Origin: Bacillota bacterium
GTDB taxonomy: Bacteria > Bacillota > Desulfotomaculia > Desulfotomaculales > JBFMEU01
Reading direction: 5' to 3'
Length of the DNA stretch: 60,542 nucleotides
Assembly (NCBI GenBank): GCA_040753155.1
Contig: JBFMEU010000005.1
Coordinates: 1-60,542 of the forward strand
The position numbers and the translations under genes are program-made. This document shows, piece by piece, positions 1 to 9,637 of this stretch (the first letter of the stretch is position 1; each line of letters starts with the position of its first letter). The notes beneath the pieces are model-generated. The model was not told the origin of the DNA. It was given only the letters and a program-made list of their open reading frames with translations, and did not search any database.

Positions 1-99
1 CGGTTTATCGTTTATCCATGGCGTTTCCGAAGTATGAGATATACGGTTATTCTGAATCCTGACTCCTGAATTCTGAATACCTGAATAAAACTAAATTAC

Positions 100-1794
100 T
101 CACATAAAGCAGCTGCTGCCGATAAATTCCCTGAGAATTGAATTCCTGGGCACCTCATACTCATCAATGGGCACAAAATAGCTCAGGAATTCCAACAGTC
201 GCCGGGCCTCGGCATACTCAGGCCGGTCAGGGGTGATTTCCGCCAGCAGGGGCTCGGCATAGGGCTTGAGCACCGCCAGCTCATAAATCTGGGATGAGTC
301 GAACATGATATCGGCAGTTTCCTGGAAGGGGAAAATATATTTTTCCTCCCCCCGCCGCACCGACGGCCACATCCGGATGGTTTCCAGGGCCGAGTAGCCC
401 CGGCTGCGGTTATCCCGGACAATTCGGCGCAAAATCCGCACGTCGGTGGTGGGTATCCGGTTATAGTTATCCAGGTTCAGCTGGGTAAGGGCGCTGACAT
501 AAATCTTATACTTCCGGCCTTTGGGAATGGAGCGGGTTAGCTTGTCATTCAGCCCGTGAATGCCCTCCACCACAATCAAATCCGACGGCCCCAGTTTCAT
601 CTTATGCCCGAGCCACTCCCTCTGGCCCGTCTTGAAATTAAAGGTGGGTATTTCCACCTCTTCCCCCTGGATTAATTTGGTCAGATGCTCGTTAAACAGG
701 GCATAGTCCAGGGCCTCCACGCTTTCAAAATCATAGTTGCCGTTCTCATCCAGGGGCGTCAGTTCCCGGTTGACGAAATAATTATCCATGGAAATGGGTA
801 CCGGGTGAATATCATTCACCCGCAGTTGGATAGAAAGTCGCCGGGTGAAGGTAGTTTTACCCGAAGAAGATGGCCCGGCTATCAGCACAATCCGGATTAA
901 ATCAATGTTATTGGCAATAATATCGGCCTTGCGGCTGATCTTTTTTTCGTGAAAAGCCTCGGCCACCCTGATAAACTCAATGGCCGACCCCGCGGCCAGC
1001 TTTTCGTTAAGCACAGTTACGTTGGGTATGTTAATGATCTTATTCCATTTTTTCGACTCAAAATATACGTTGGCCAACTTACCCTGCTCAAGGTACTCCG
1101 GCAGCGCCAGGGGTTCCTGCCGCCAGGGAAATTCCAGAATAAAGCCGGGTAAGTAAAACCGCAGCCGGAACACCTTTAAATACCCGGTGCTGGGAACCAT
1201 AGGGCCAAAGGCATAATCAATGAACCAGCCGCAGGTGTGGATGTCCACCAACTCCAGCTTGCGCTGCTTGACCAGGGCAATTTTATCCACCCGGCCCCGC
1301 TCGGCAAACAAGCGGATAAACTCCTCAGCCAGCACCTGCTGCTTGATTATGGGTTCATCGGCATCAACCGTCTCCCGCATCCGGTCTTCAATTTTGACTA
1401 TATCCGTCTCCTTGAGGGGGCGGTGATAAGTTATTTCCCCATAAAAACTATTGCCCAGGGAGTGCTGGACCAGGCATACGCTGCCGGGTAAAATTTCCCG
1501 CACCGACTTCACCAGCACTAAAATAAGGCTGCTGCGGTAAACCCGCATGCCTTCCTCGGTTTCCATGTCCAGGAACTCCACCGTACTGTTTTCCTCCAAC
1601 AACGTTTGCAAATCCCTGACCACGTTATTTACCTTGGCCGCCACCACCGGAGACTTGCGCTCAGCCTGATCATACTTAAGCAGGTCCTGCACACTAATGC
1701 CCCGGGACTTATGAAATTCACCACTGCCGGTTATATTAACGTAAATTATTTCCGGATCCGATGGGTGAACAATAAGGGGATTAAGTTTTTGCAT
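100..1794 (-). CDS. Uridine kinase-family P-loop protein with N-terminal ThrRS-like (TGS/SAD) domains
   Basis: Walker A GPSSSGKT, ISMDNYF, VEGIHGLN and RRIVRD motifs; N-terminal VAAKVNNVVRDL TGS-like segment. Confidence 0.85.
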   Translation of the reverse strand: MQKLNPLIVHPSDPEIIYVNITGSGEFHKSRGISVQDLLKYDQAERKSPVVAAKVNNVVRDLQTLLEENSTVEFLDMETEEGMRVYRSSLILVLVKSVREILPGSVCLVQHSLGNSFYGEITYHRPLKETDIVKIEDRMRETVDADEPIIKQQVLAEEFIRLFAERGRVDKIALVKQRKLELVDIHTCGWFIDYAFGPMVPSTGYLKVFRLRFYLPGFILEFPWRQEPLALPEYLEQGKLANVYFESKKWNKIINIPNVTVLNEKLAAGSAIEFIRVAEAFHEKKISRKADIIANNIDLIRIVLIAGPSSSGKTTFTRRLSIQLRVNDIHPVPISMDNYFVNRELTPLDENGNYDFESVEALDYALFNEHLTKLIQGEEVEIPTFNFKTGQREWLGHKMKLGPSDLIVVEGIHGLNDKLTRSIPKGRKYKIYVSALTQLNLDNYNRIPTTDVRILRRIVRDNRSRGYSALETIRMWPSVRRGEEKYIFPFQETADIMFDSSQIYELAVLKPYAEPLLAEITPDRPEYAEARRLLEFLSYFVPIDEYEVPRNSILREFIGSSCFM

Positions 1795-1975
1795 CAGTAA
1801 TCACCCCCGGCACTTACATGCTAGCAACAATTTCGCCGTAGCAGGCTAAAATCCTGCAACAACTCCATAGCTCCGATTTAATCTAAATTTTTCGTTAACA
1901 AAAAGGAATTATAAAAGCCGGCGCTGAAATAAGAACACTTGCAAATACCACAACTATCATAAAAGGAGGTTTTTT

Positions 1976-2632
1976 ATGTCAGATGTACCGCGGGGAGCAA
2001 TACTGCAGCGTGACAAGGAAACTTACGCCATAGTCCCCAAAACCTTGATGGGCCTGGTTACACCGGACATCCTTGAGAATATTGCCCATGTTGCCAGAAA
2101 GCATCAGATACCCATTATCAAGATTACCTCGGCCCAGAGGTTTGCCCTGGTGGGCATCAAGCCGGAGACCGTTGAAGATGTCTGGAACGATTTGAATATG
2201 GAGCAGGGCAAGGCGGTTGAGCTGTGCCTGCATTACGTTCAAGCCTGTCCAGGAACCGCCGTATGCCGCTTTGGAGTCCAGAACTCCCTGGGCCTGGGCC
2301 AAAAGCTCGACCAACTGCTGGGGCATATGGAAATGCCGGCCAAGGCCAAAATCGGGATCTCCGGGTGCCCCATGTGCTGTGGTGAAAGCTATGTCCGGGA
2401 CCTGGGTATTATGGGCAAGAAAAGCGGCTGGACCCTTATCTTCGGGGGCAACGCCGGCGCCAGGCCCCGGGTGGGCGATGTGATTGCCGAGGGCCTTACC
2501 GATGAGCAGGCCCTTGATCTGACCCAAAAGTGCTTTGACTACTACATTGCCGAAGGCAAGAAGAAGGAGCGCGCATCCAAGTTCATCGAACGCATCGGGC
2601 TGGAGGAATTCAAAAAAAATGTTCTCGGCTAA
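1976..2632 (+). CDS. Small nitrite/sulfite reductase-like 4Fe-4S (siroheme-type) protein
   Basis: ACPGTAVCRFG and KIGISGCPMCC motifs; AGGAGG RBS. Confidence 0.8.
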   Translation: MSDVPRGAILQRDKETYAIVPKTLMGLVTPDILENIAHVARKHQIPIIKITSAQRFALVGIKPETVEDVWNDLNMEQGKAVELCLHYVQACPGTAVCRFGVQNSLGLGQKLDQLLGHMEMPAKAKIGISGCPMCCGESYVRDLGIMGKKSGWTLIFGGNAGARPRVGDVIAEGLTDEQALDLTQKCFDYYIAEGKKKERASKFIERIGLEEFKKNVLG

Positions 2633-2648
2633 CGGCACAGGATTTACA

Positions 2649-2680
2649 ATGACCGCGGGAGTCTCTTCCTGCGGTCATTT
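2649..2680. terminator. Hairpin between convergent genes, probable intrinsic terminator
   Basis: ATGACCGCGGGA-gtctct-TCCTGCGGTCAT followed by T residues. Confidence 0.6.
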
Positions 2681-2749
2681 ATTGGGGCAGCAGTGCCTTA
2701 CCTTCAAACGTGTAATCAAATCCCACAACTTTAATACCATTATATGCCA

Positions 2750-4039
2750 TTACCTGCAAGTGGTACCTGAATTTCCCCTATCCTGGTCCCGGCCGGCCAT
2801 AATCAGCCCCCGGCCCAGCCAGGCAACCCCCACCAGCCCTATGGCGGCCCCCAGGGCCAGAGCCGCCGGTGAACCCCAGAGCCGGGAAACGGCGCCGCTT
2901 AAAAGGCTGCCGAAGGGCATCATCCCAACAAACAAGAGGAAATAGACACTCATAATCCTGCCCCGCAGATGGTCCGGCACCCGCAGCTGGATAGAAGAGT
3001 TCAAGGAGGCCGTAAAGGTAATCATCGCCCAGCCGGTAACCAAAAGCAGAAACAGGGACAGGGGAAACAGCCGCACCGGGGCCAGCATAATCTGGGAAAC
3101 ACACATCACCAGGGCGCCCGCTATAATCAGCGCCCGCTTGGGTTCCCAGCGACTGAAATAAGCCAGGCTGACGGACCCGATCAGCGCCCCGGCGCCCAGG
3201 GCCGACATCAACAGCCCAAAGCCCCGGGGTCCCTGGCCCAGCACTTCCCGGGCAAATACCGGAATCAGCACATGAAAATTCATGGCAAAAACGCTCATCA
3301 CACCCATCAAAGCCAGGCCATATTTAACAAAGGGCGTTTTCATTATATATTGCAGGCCTTCTTTTATTTCCCCCAGCATGCTGCCGCCGTTACCCTGTTT
3401 TTTTACAACCTCACCGTTAAGCCTGATCAACCACAGACCTGTCAGAACAGCCACAAAGCTGGCCGCGTTAAGCAGAAAACAGACCGCCAGGCCCACCATA
3501 CTGATAAGAATACCGGCCACCGCCGGCCCCACCACCCGGGCCCCGTTAAATACCATGGCATTAAGGGCTATGGCGTTCATCAGATCCTGGCGGCCCACCA
3601 GCTCAATGATCAAGGATTGGCGGGCGGGCATATCCAGGGCATGGGCAAGCCCCCCCAGGGAAGCCAGCACCAGCACATGCCAGTACTGCACCACCCCCGT
3701 CAGGGTAAGCAGCCCCAGGGCCAGGGCCAGCGCCATCATCACACTTTGGGTCACCAGCAGCAAACTGCGCTTGGGAAAGCGGTCGGCCAGCACCCCGGTA
3801 AACAGGGAGAACAATAGAATGGGGGCAAACTGCAGTGTGCCCACCAGCCCCAGCAAAAAGGCAGACCCGGTTAACTCCAGAATCAGCCAGGCCTGGGCCA
3901 CGGCTTGCATCCAACTGCCCACCAGAGAAAACAACTGGCCCAGCCAGAACAGGCGAAAATTCCGGTGGCGCAGGGCAGACCAGGCCCCGGACAGATTTTT
4001 TCCACTTTTCAGGGCCGCTTCCGCTTGTATTCCCTTCAC
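2750..4039 (-). CDS. MFS transporter
   Basis: About 12 hydrophobic segments; GVLADRFPKR motif A; ALRHRNFRLFW N-terminus. Confidence 0.9.
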   Translation of the reverse strand: MKGIQAEAALKSGKNLSGAWSALRHRNFRLFWLGQLFSLVGSWMQAVAQAWLILELTGSAFLLGLVGTLQFAPILLFSLFTGVLADRFPKRSLLLVTQSVMMALALALGLLTLTGVVQYWHVLVLASLGGLAHALDMPARQSLIIELVGRQDLMNAIALNAMVFNGARVVGPAVAGILISMVGLAVCFLLNAASFVAVLTGLWLIRLNGEVVKKQGNGGSMLGEIKEGLQYIMKTPFVKYGLALMGVMSVFAMNFHVLIPVFAREVLGQGPRGFGLLMSALGAGALIGSVSLAYFSRWEPKRALIIAGALVMCVSQIMLAPVRLFPLSLFLLLVTGWAMITFTASLNSSIQLRVPDHLRGRIMSVYFLLFVGMMPFGSLLSGAVSRLWGSPAALALGAAIGLVGVAWLGRGLIMAGRDQDRGNSGTTCR

Positions 4040-4263
4040 CTCCGGGATAATAGACCCTTGATATTTAAATAAAGGGAAAATCCACTATACCCTTGAAGTT
4101 ATTATACTATCAGGGATGGTGATTTTCAATGATTGCCACTTTTTTCTAAATTTACGGCTTGGAAGTGGGTATTTCACAACAGTGCGCAGCTTATGAACAA
4201 GCGGCAAGCATCCGTCCTCAAGCAAATGTATTTTCAAGACAGGGGTTAAATGGAGAGATCTGC

Positions 4264-6444
4264 GTGAGGGATATTCTTTTTGCCAAAAAAACTTCGGGCC
4301 ACCCCATTTATCAGACCCTGGAGGGGCACACCGAGGATTGTGTGGCCGCCCTGGGCTGCTATCTGCGCCACCACCGGCAGCAGGCGGCAAGGTTGGCCTG
4401 GGACATCGATTTAGCTTACCGGGATTTTTGCCACATCTTATACCTGGCAGTCTTTTTGCATGACCTGGGTAAGGCCACCGCAGAATTTCAGGAACACATG
4501 GCCAAAGAAACCCTGGAACGGCGCCTGGCGCACACTTTTTTCGGCCTTCCCCTGGTTAAAACCGACCTGCCCCCGGAGCACAACCTGCTGGTCAGGGCCC
4601 TGGTCCTGTCCCACCATACCCAGCCCTATGACGACATGTACTTCAGCCATGAGCTGGCACCGGAGGTAAATTACCAGTGGGACGGCATCAGGGAATTCAT
4701 GAGCCGTTACGAGGAGTTCCACGCCAGGTGGCTGGCCGAGGAATTCAGCCTGGCCTACCAGCCGCTGCTGGAAAACAACAACCCGGCTAAAGGCCCGCGC
4801 AGGGATCACATCCTGCCCGAGGTGCAGCGTTTAAGGCGGCAGATTCACCGCCTGGAACCCCTTTATCGCACCAAGGCCCTTTATTGCGCCACAATCACCA
4901 TCCTGAAGCAGTGCGATCAACTGTCCAGCAAAACCTTTAACCTGTATCCGGCCAGGCCGGGACAAATTTACGGCTCCCTGTGGAACCGTGTCCACCCGGG
5001 CCATCCGGCCGGCCAGGACAAAAAGTCCCACCCCGCCCCGGCGCCACAGCAGGCTGGCAGGGACACCAGCCAGATCACCGCCAGGGTGCTGGAGGTCGCC
5101 CGGAACCGGGGACGCCAGAAATTAATCTGGGTAACACCCGGCCAGTTGGCCTCTATCAGGCGCTGGCGGGACCTGACCGCTCTGTTTGGGGAAGACCGGG
5201 TGGGGCTATTACATGCCCTTTCCTATTTTCCAGTTCCCCGGGTATTCTTCAAGGAGCCGGACAACAACAAAGGCAGCCGGGGTAATACCGCCCACCTGAA
5301 GTACGGCGATCGCATCTTCTCCCGGCCGGTTACTGTAACCACCATCGACCATCTGATTTTCAGCCTGGCCCACGGCTGCAGGCAGGCGGACTACGCCCTG
5401 GGGAATGTCCTTGACGCGGCGGTCATCTTTGACGGCAGGCCGGAGGATTATCCCGGACTGAGCGGCTACTGGCAGGAAGCAGTCCAAATTTTTAACAACC
5501 TGAAAGTACCCTGCTACTATTATGACCATGTTTCAGACCTGCTCGAACCGGCCTGTAAAAACAAGACTGCCGCCGGCATTTTGCCCCGGGACACGTTTAC
5601 CGTCCAGGTAAAGGAAGTCGCCCGGGAAATTGATACCAGCCAGGTGGCAGCTTACGCTGCCGGCGAAGCCACCCAGGTTGTCATCGCCGGCAGCTTGACC
5701 CGGGCCCAGGGGCTGTACCTGGCCCTGCAAAAAAAGCTGCCCGGCGTACCGGTACTGCTTTATCACACCCTGTTCACCCGCCACGACAGGTACATTAAGC
5801 CCGGCAGTCTGGTCAGCCGGCTGGAGGCCTTTGGCCGGCAGTCCGGGCCGTGGGTTGTGGTGGCCACAGATGCCCTGCTGGACGCGGCAGCAATTAGCTG
5901 CGACATTTTACACCTGAGCCGGGCCCCGCTGCCGGCCCTGGCAAGAAGACTAACCCTGCTGGGCCAAAGCAGGCAGAGCCCCGGCCTGGTTTACCTGTAT
6001 GGCGATCCCGCCGGCAGCAGTCCGGGGGCCGGGCTTCCGGAGACCTTTATCTACCCCCCGCACATCCTGGCCCGGCTGCAAAAGCTGCGGGACCAAATAA
6101 AGCCCCGGCCCACCAACCTGGAAGAAGTAATGAACCACTGCACAGTGTTCGGTTACTCCCCCCCCGAGGTTAGATATGCCGGGGAAGCAAGCAAGATTAA
6201 TTTGTGGCCCTTCGAGGAGCGCCTGATGGACGTTATACCAGCCGTATTCTGGCGTCCCCAGCTTAAGGACGATCCGGTGGCCGCAGAGCAGGTGACCGTT
6301 AAGGTGCCACTGACCTGGCACGGCAGATTTCCCCACCTGTTCCGGGAAATTGAGCACCCCCTGGAGACAATTATTATTTGTCACCTGCCCTATCACCTCC
6401 GGCTGGGGCTGCTGCTCCGGGAGGGGCAGGATATAGAGTTCTAG
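4264..6444 (+). CDS. cas3: Stand-alone Cas3-like protein: HD nuclease plus degenerate SF2 helicase
   Basis: GTG start after GGAG; HD motifs HTED, LHDLGKA, AH, SHH, CD; Cas3 helicase remnants VGLLH, PVTVTTIDHL, LLYHTLFTRHDR, VVVATD; no Walker A and DExH replaced by DGRP. Confidence 0.8.
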   Translation: MRDILFAKKTSGHPIYQTLEGHTEDCVAALGCYLRHHRQQAARLAWDIDLAYRDFCHILYLAVFLHDLGKATAEFQEHMAKETLERRLAHTFFGLPLVKTDLPPEHNLLVRALVLSHHTQPYDDMYFSHELAPEVNYQWDGIREFMSRYEEFHARWLAEEFSLAYQPLLENNNPAKGPRRDHILPEVQRLRRQIHRLEPLYRTKALYCATITILKQCDQLSSKTFNLYPARPGQIYGSLWNRVHPGHPAGQDKKSHPAPAPQQAGRDTSQITARVLEVARNRGRQKLIWVTPGQLASIRRWRDLTALFGEDRVGLLHALSYFPVPRVFFKEPDNNKGSRGNTAHLKYGDRIFSRPVTVTTIDHLIFSLAHGCRQADYALGNVLDAAVIFDGRPEDYPGLSGYWQEAVQIFNNLKVPCYYYDHVSDLLEPACKNKTAAGILPRDTFTVQVKEVAREIDTSQVAAYAAGEATQVVIAGSLTRAQGLYLALQKKLPGVPVLLYHTLFTRHDRYIKPGSLVSRLEAFGRQSGPWVVVATDALLDAAAISCDILHLSRAPLPALARRLTLLGQSRQSPGLVYLYGDPAGSSPGAGLPETFIYPPHILARLQKLRDQIKPRPTNLEEVMNHCTVFGYSPPEVRYAGEASKINLWPFEERLMDVIPAVFWRPQLKDDPVAAEQVTVKVPLTWHGRFPHLFREIEHPLETIIICHLPYHLRLGLLLREGQDIEF

Positions 6445-6448
6445 CCAC

Positions 6449-6610
6449 TTAAACAACTTTTTTAATTAGCGCCTGCTCCAGCATTGCTTTAAGCTCACTA
6501 ATTGCCCGCTCTAGAAGCTCAATTTTCTTAACTGCCTGAGAGGGTGCGCAGTTAGCAAAATAGTCGCAGTTGTTACATTGATCCCTGTAGGCCATCGGAC
6601 AACCGGTCAT
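6449..6610 (-). CDS. Small Cys-rich protein with C-terminal coiled coil
   Basis: ATG at 6610 after G-rich RBS; MTGCPMAYRDQCNNCDYFANC...IELLERAISELKAMLEQ. Confidence 0.6.
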   Translation of the reverse strand: MTGCPMAYRDQCNNCDYFANCAPSQAVKKIELLERAISELKAMLEQALIKKVV

Positions 6611-6727
6611 TTTATACCCCCCTTCACCATTACTGATTACCGTCAACCCTGTACTCTGGCAAACATGGCGTATACCACTTAGCTTGCGCTAATCGCCCCC
6701 TCGTACCGGCTCAAGCAACCCTGCCTA

Positions 6728-6790
6728 TTGAACGAGACTTCATTCAGAGGGGGATTCAACCCCCTCTGAATGTTAGCCGAGTCCAGTGAT
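6728..6790 (+). repeat. Dispersed palindromic element family A, short 63 bp form
   Basis: TTGAACGAGACTTCATTCAGAGGGGGATTCAACCCCCTCTGAATGTTAGCCGAGTCCAGTGAT, recurring at 20366, 31874 and 34793. Confidence 0.9.
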
Positions 6791-6977
6791 GAACCCATGC
6801 TTGCAGGAGAATACTTAAACAAACACAAAAGGCCCGTACCGTTTCCCAACCGAAAACGCGCAGGCCTCATTGCCATTCACCGTCACCATTGACGTAATAT
6901 TCTTATAATACTATTATATTGCCCCGGAACATAATTGACAATAGCAATGGCTTGTTATTTTGCCATGTAAAAACATC

Positions 6978-7760
6978 TTACCGGCCCTTGAAATTTGGCT
7001 TTCTCTTTTCCACATAAGATAACACGGCCTCTTTTTTGTCCTCAGTGTTCAGGCAGTAGGAGGCCGAGAGCTCTTCAAACATCAGCCCGGCGGTAAGGCT
7101 CACCTCGCTGGACAGGTTAATGGCCCGCTTGGCAAATCTAACCGCCAGGGGGGCGTTGCCGGCAATTTTGGCAGCCAGCTTAAAGGACTCCTCCATCAAC
7201 TTGTCCCGGGGCACAACCAGGTCCACCATGCCCAGTTCCAGGGCCCGGGCGGCGCTGTAATTATCGCCGGTCAGAATGACCATCTTAGCCCGGGCCGGAC
7301 CAACCAACCGGGTCAGTCGCTGCGAGCCGCCCAGGTCCGGGGCCAGGCCCAGGCGCACCTCGGGAATGGACAGCACCGCGGTCTCGGCGGCCACCCGCAG
7401 ATCACAGGCCAGGGCCAGCTCCAGGCCGCCCCCGACGGCGGCGCCGTTAATGGCGGCGATAACCGGGCGGGAATGCCTCTCCCAGCGGTTGTTTATTTCA
7501 TGAAACCAGCCCAGGGAGCGCTGCGCAAAGCTGCCATCGGCCGCGCCCAGCACTGATAAATCCATGCCGGCACAAAAGGCCCTGTCCCCGGCCCCGGTTA
7601 AAATAATGACCTTGACGGTATCATCATGATGCAGCTCCTGCTGAACCTGCTCAAACTCCCGGTATAGCCCGGCATCCATGCAGTTGGCCTTCTTTGGCCT
7701 GTTGATGGTTATAACCGCAATGCCGTCCTGCCGGTCCAATAGAATCTCCTGATAACTCAT
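6978..7760 (-). CDS. Enoyl-CoA hydratase/isomerase family protein
   Basis: AFCAGMDL, IAAINGAAVGGGLELALACD and PEVRLG crotonase motifs. Confidence 0.95.
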   Translation of the reverse strand: MSYQEILLDRQDGIAVITINRPKKANCMDAGLYREFEQVQQELHHDDTVKVIILTGAGDRAFCAGMDLSVLGAADGSFAQRSLGWFHEINNRWERHSRPVIAAINGAAVGGGLELALACDLRVAAETAVLSIPEVRLGLAPDLGGSQRLTRLVGPARAKMVILTGDNYSAARALELGMVDLVVPRDKLMEESFKLAAKIAGNAPLAVRFAKRAINLSSEVSLTAGLMFEELSASYCLNTEDKKEAVLSYVEKRKPNFKGR

Positions 7761-7807
7761 GCTAATTACTCCTCTCCCGAATACAGGTTATTTTTTCTAC
7801 TCCCCTC

Positions 7808-7844
7808 ATATTATCACGCTTAGCAAAATGAATAAAGATTCATT
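7808..7844. repeat. 37 bp direct repeat A, copy 1, containing palindrome AATGAAT-N4-ATTCATT
   Basis: ATATTATCACGCTTAGCAAAATGAATAAAGATTCATT identical at 23652-23688. Confidence 0.9.
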
Positions 7845-8092
7845 TAAGGACCACAGAACTGGCCATACTACCGGGGCCGACCTACAAAACTTACCCTCAA
7901 AGCTGGCCCCGGTGGTGTGGCCGACATACACAGAATTGCCCCCCCACCAGGCCTGCATCCGGACAAGGTGCGACCGGCACTGACCCCAGAGCTCAGCCCC
8001 AGAGGCCGGGCGCACTTTAGATCCCGATACCTTTTCCCGCTTGCTCAAGCCAGCACCTTTGCCAGTGTCGCCACTTACTTTTTCCCATGCTC

Positions 8093-8311
8093 TCATAACA
8101 AATCAACCTCCTCATGCATTTCAAAGAAAAGGTATCCAATATCAAGATTACGGAAAAAAGTCTCTCTGATGGCAATTAGCTCACCCATTAAAAACTCAGT
8201 CCGGCCACTCATACGATTGCTAAAAGCCTTCTCAGAAATTCCGATGGCAACCGCGATCTGCTTACCGGTCAAACCCTGGCGAGCCATTTCTGCTTTGAGA
8301 TTTCTAAACAT
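8093..8311 (-). CDS. Small XRE/Cro-like HTH regulator
   Basis: LKAEMARQGLTGKQIAVAIGISEKAFSNRMSGRTEF; AGGAGG RBS. Confidence 0.85.
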   Translation of the reverse strand: MFRNLKAEMARQGLTGKQIAVAIGISEKAFSNRMSGRTEFLMGELIAIRETFFRNLDIGYLFFEMHEEVDLL

Positions 8312-8455
8312 TATAAGCCCTCCTGTCTCTCAAATTATTATTGACAATCTTCCAGGGAGGGTTTAGTATTTAAACTGTAAAAAGGCAATAGAAAACCCGC
8401 CCTTGGGGTAAGGGGTTTTGAGAAGCCGACAACTCTTGGCGGGGTAGCGGCTTCT

Positions 8456-8625
8456 TTAATTTTTACTATTCTTTTGTTCTAACCATTTTAGGACCTGTTG
8501 CTTATCAAACCTTACACTTTTGCCATGCTTTAAAAAGGCATCCCCTCTTTTCTCCAGCGAAGGGCCGTTGCCGGGCTAATCTTTAGCCATTGGCAAAGTT
8601 CCTGCTGAGTTAAAAATTACCCCAT
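8456..8625 (-). pseudogene. Excisionase-like HTH pseudogene
   Basis: Manual translation MG*FLTQQELCQWLKISPATALRWRKEGMPF, then a frameshift, then KHGKSVRFDKQQVLKWLEQKNSKN*. Confidence 0.7.
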
Positions 8626-8939
8626 ACTTCACCCTCTCATATACAATCATATCCTATCATTCATCATCATATATAAACATTAATTTACATTTATGTTTAT
8701 ATATGCTATATTATAACATATGCCTAAACCAAAAATAATCTAGCCATCATAATGCCGCCCTTGTCCCCGTTAACATCTCCAAAAATGCGGCCTTATTGCT
8801 TTCCGGCTATCCACTATTGGGATATAATAACTATAATTAAACTGCAAAGCAAAGCACATTGCCCATCATGGCACCGTTAAAGGAGGTTTGAAACAGCTAC
8901 AAAATAATTGGACATAATTATATAAAAATGATAAATCCA

Positions 8940-8969
8940 TTGACACCAAACATGTGTACATGTTAAACT
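8940..8969 (+). promoter_or_regulatory. Sigma-A-like promoter of tnpA with a palindrome in the spacer
   Basis: TTGACA-N18-TAAACT with extended TG; AACATGTGTACATGTT in the spacer. Confidence 0.55.
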
Positions 8970-8989
8970 GTTGGCAGGAGATGATGTCA

Positions 8990-9637
8990 ATGGAAAAATT
9001 ACTGACCACTAATCAGTTAGCTAAACTATTAAATGTTTGGCCTGAAACATTGCGCCGGTGGGAAAGAGAAGGAAAATTAAAACCTTTGCGCACACCCGGC
9101 GGCCATAGGCGCTATAAAGAATCACAAATAATGGCTTTAATTGGCGAAGAGATAACTGTGAATGAAACAAAACAATGCGCTATTTACGCCCGCGTATCTA
9201 CTGCCAAACAGGCTGAAGCCGGGAATCTCCAGCGGCAAAAAGAACGCTTAATAGCTTATGCGGTAGAAAAAGGTTATCAGGTTAAAGCAGTATATACCGA
9301 AATCGCATCCGGTCTGAACGAAAACAGGCGGGAGCTTGCTAAATTAGCCAAAACAGCCACAAAAGGCGAAATAGACGTAATTGTCATCGAATATAAAGAC
9401 CGGTTGACCCGTTTTGGCTATAAGTATTTGGAGCAGTATTATCGGTCATGCGGTGTTGAAATCGACATCATAGAATTGGACGAAGAAAAATCGCCCCAAG
9501 AAGAACTGGTAGAAGACATGATCGCCATTGTAACCAGGTTTTCCGCCAAGATATATGGCAAACGAGGCGGGCGTGTGGCAAAAAAGCTAACTGAATTTAT
9601 TGAGCAGGAGGTGGAGGCCTACGAAAACCACGGTTAG
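8990..9637 (+). CDS. tnpA: IS607-family transposase (MerR-like HTH plus serine recombinase)
   Basis: TLRRWEREG...RTPGGHRRY HTH; YARVST catalytic Ser; DRLTRFG; EELVEDM. Confidence 0.95.
   Translation: MEKLLTTNQLAKLLNVWPETLRRWEREGKLKPLRTPGGHRRYKESQIMALIGEEITVNETKQCAIYARVSTAKQAEAGNLQRQKERLIAYAVEKGYQVKAVYTEIASGLNENRRELAKLAKTATKGEIDVIVIEYKDRLTRFGYKYLEQYYRSCGVEIDIIELDEEKSPQEELVEDMIAIVTRFSAKIYGKRGGRVAKKLTEFIEQEVEAYENHG

Noticed and set aside
4040..4263. CRISPR array or leader next to cas3
   Set aside because: Only a loose similarity (GTATTTCACAAC / GTATTTTCAAGAC); no regularly spaced repeats here or anywhere else in the window
4159..4263. N-terminal extension of Cas3 in the ORF track
   Set aside because: GTG at 4264 has an RBS and matches the usual HD-domain start (LFAK)
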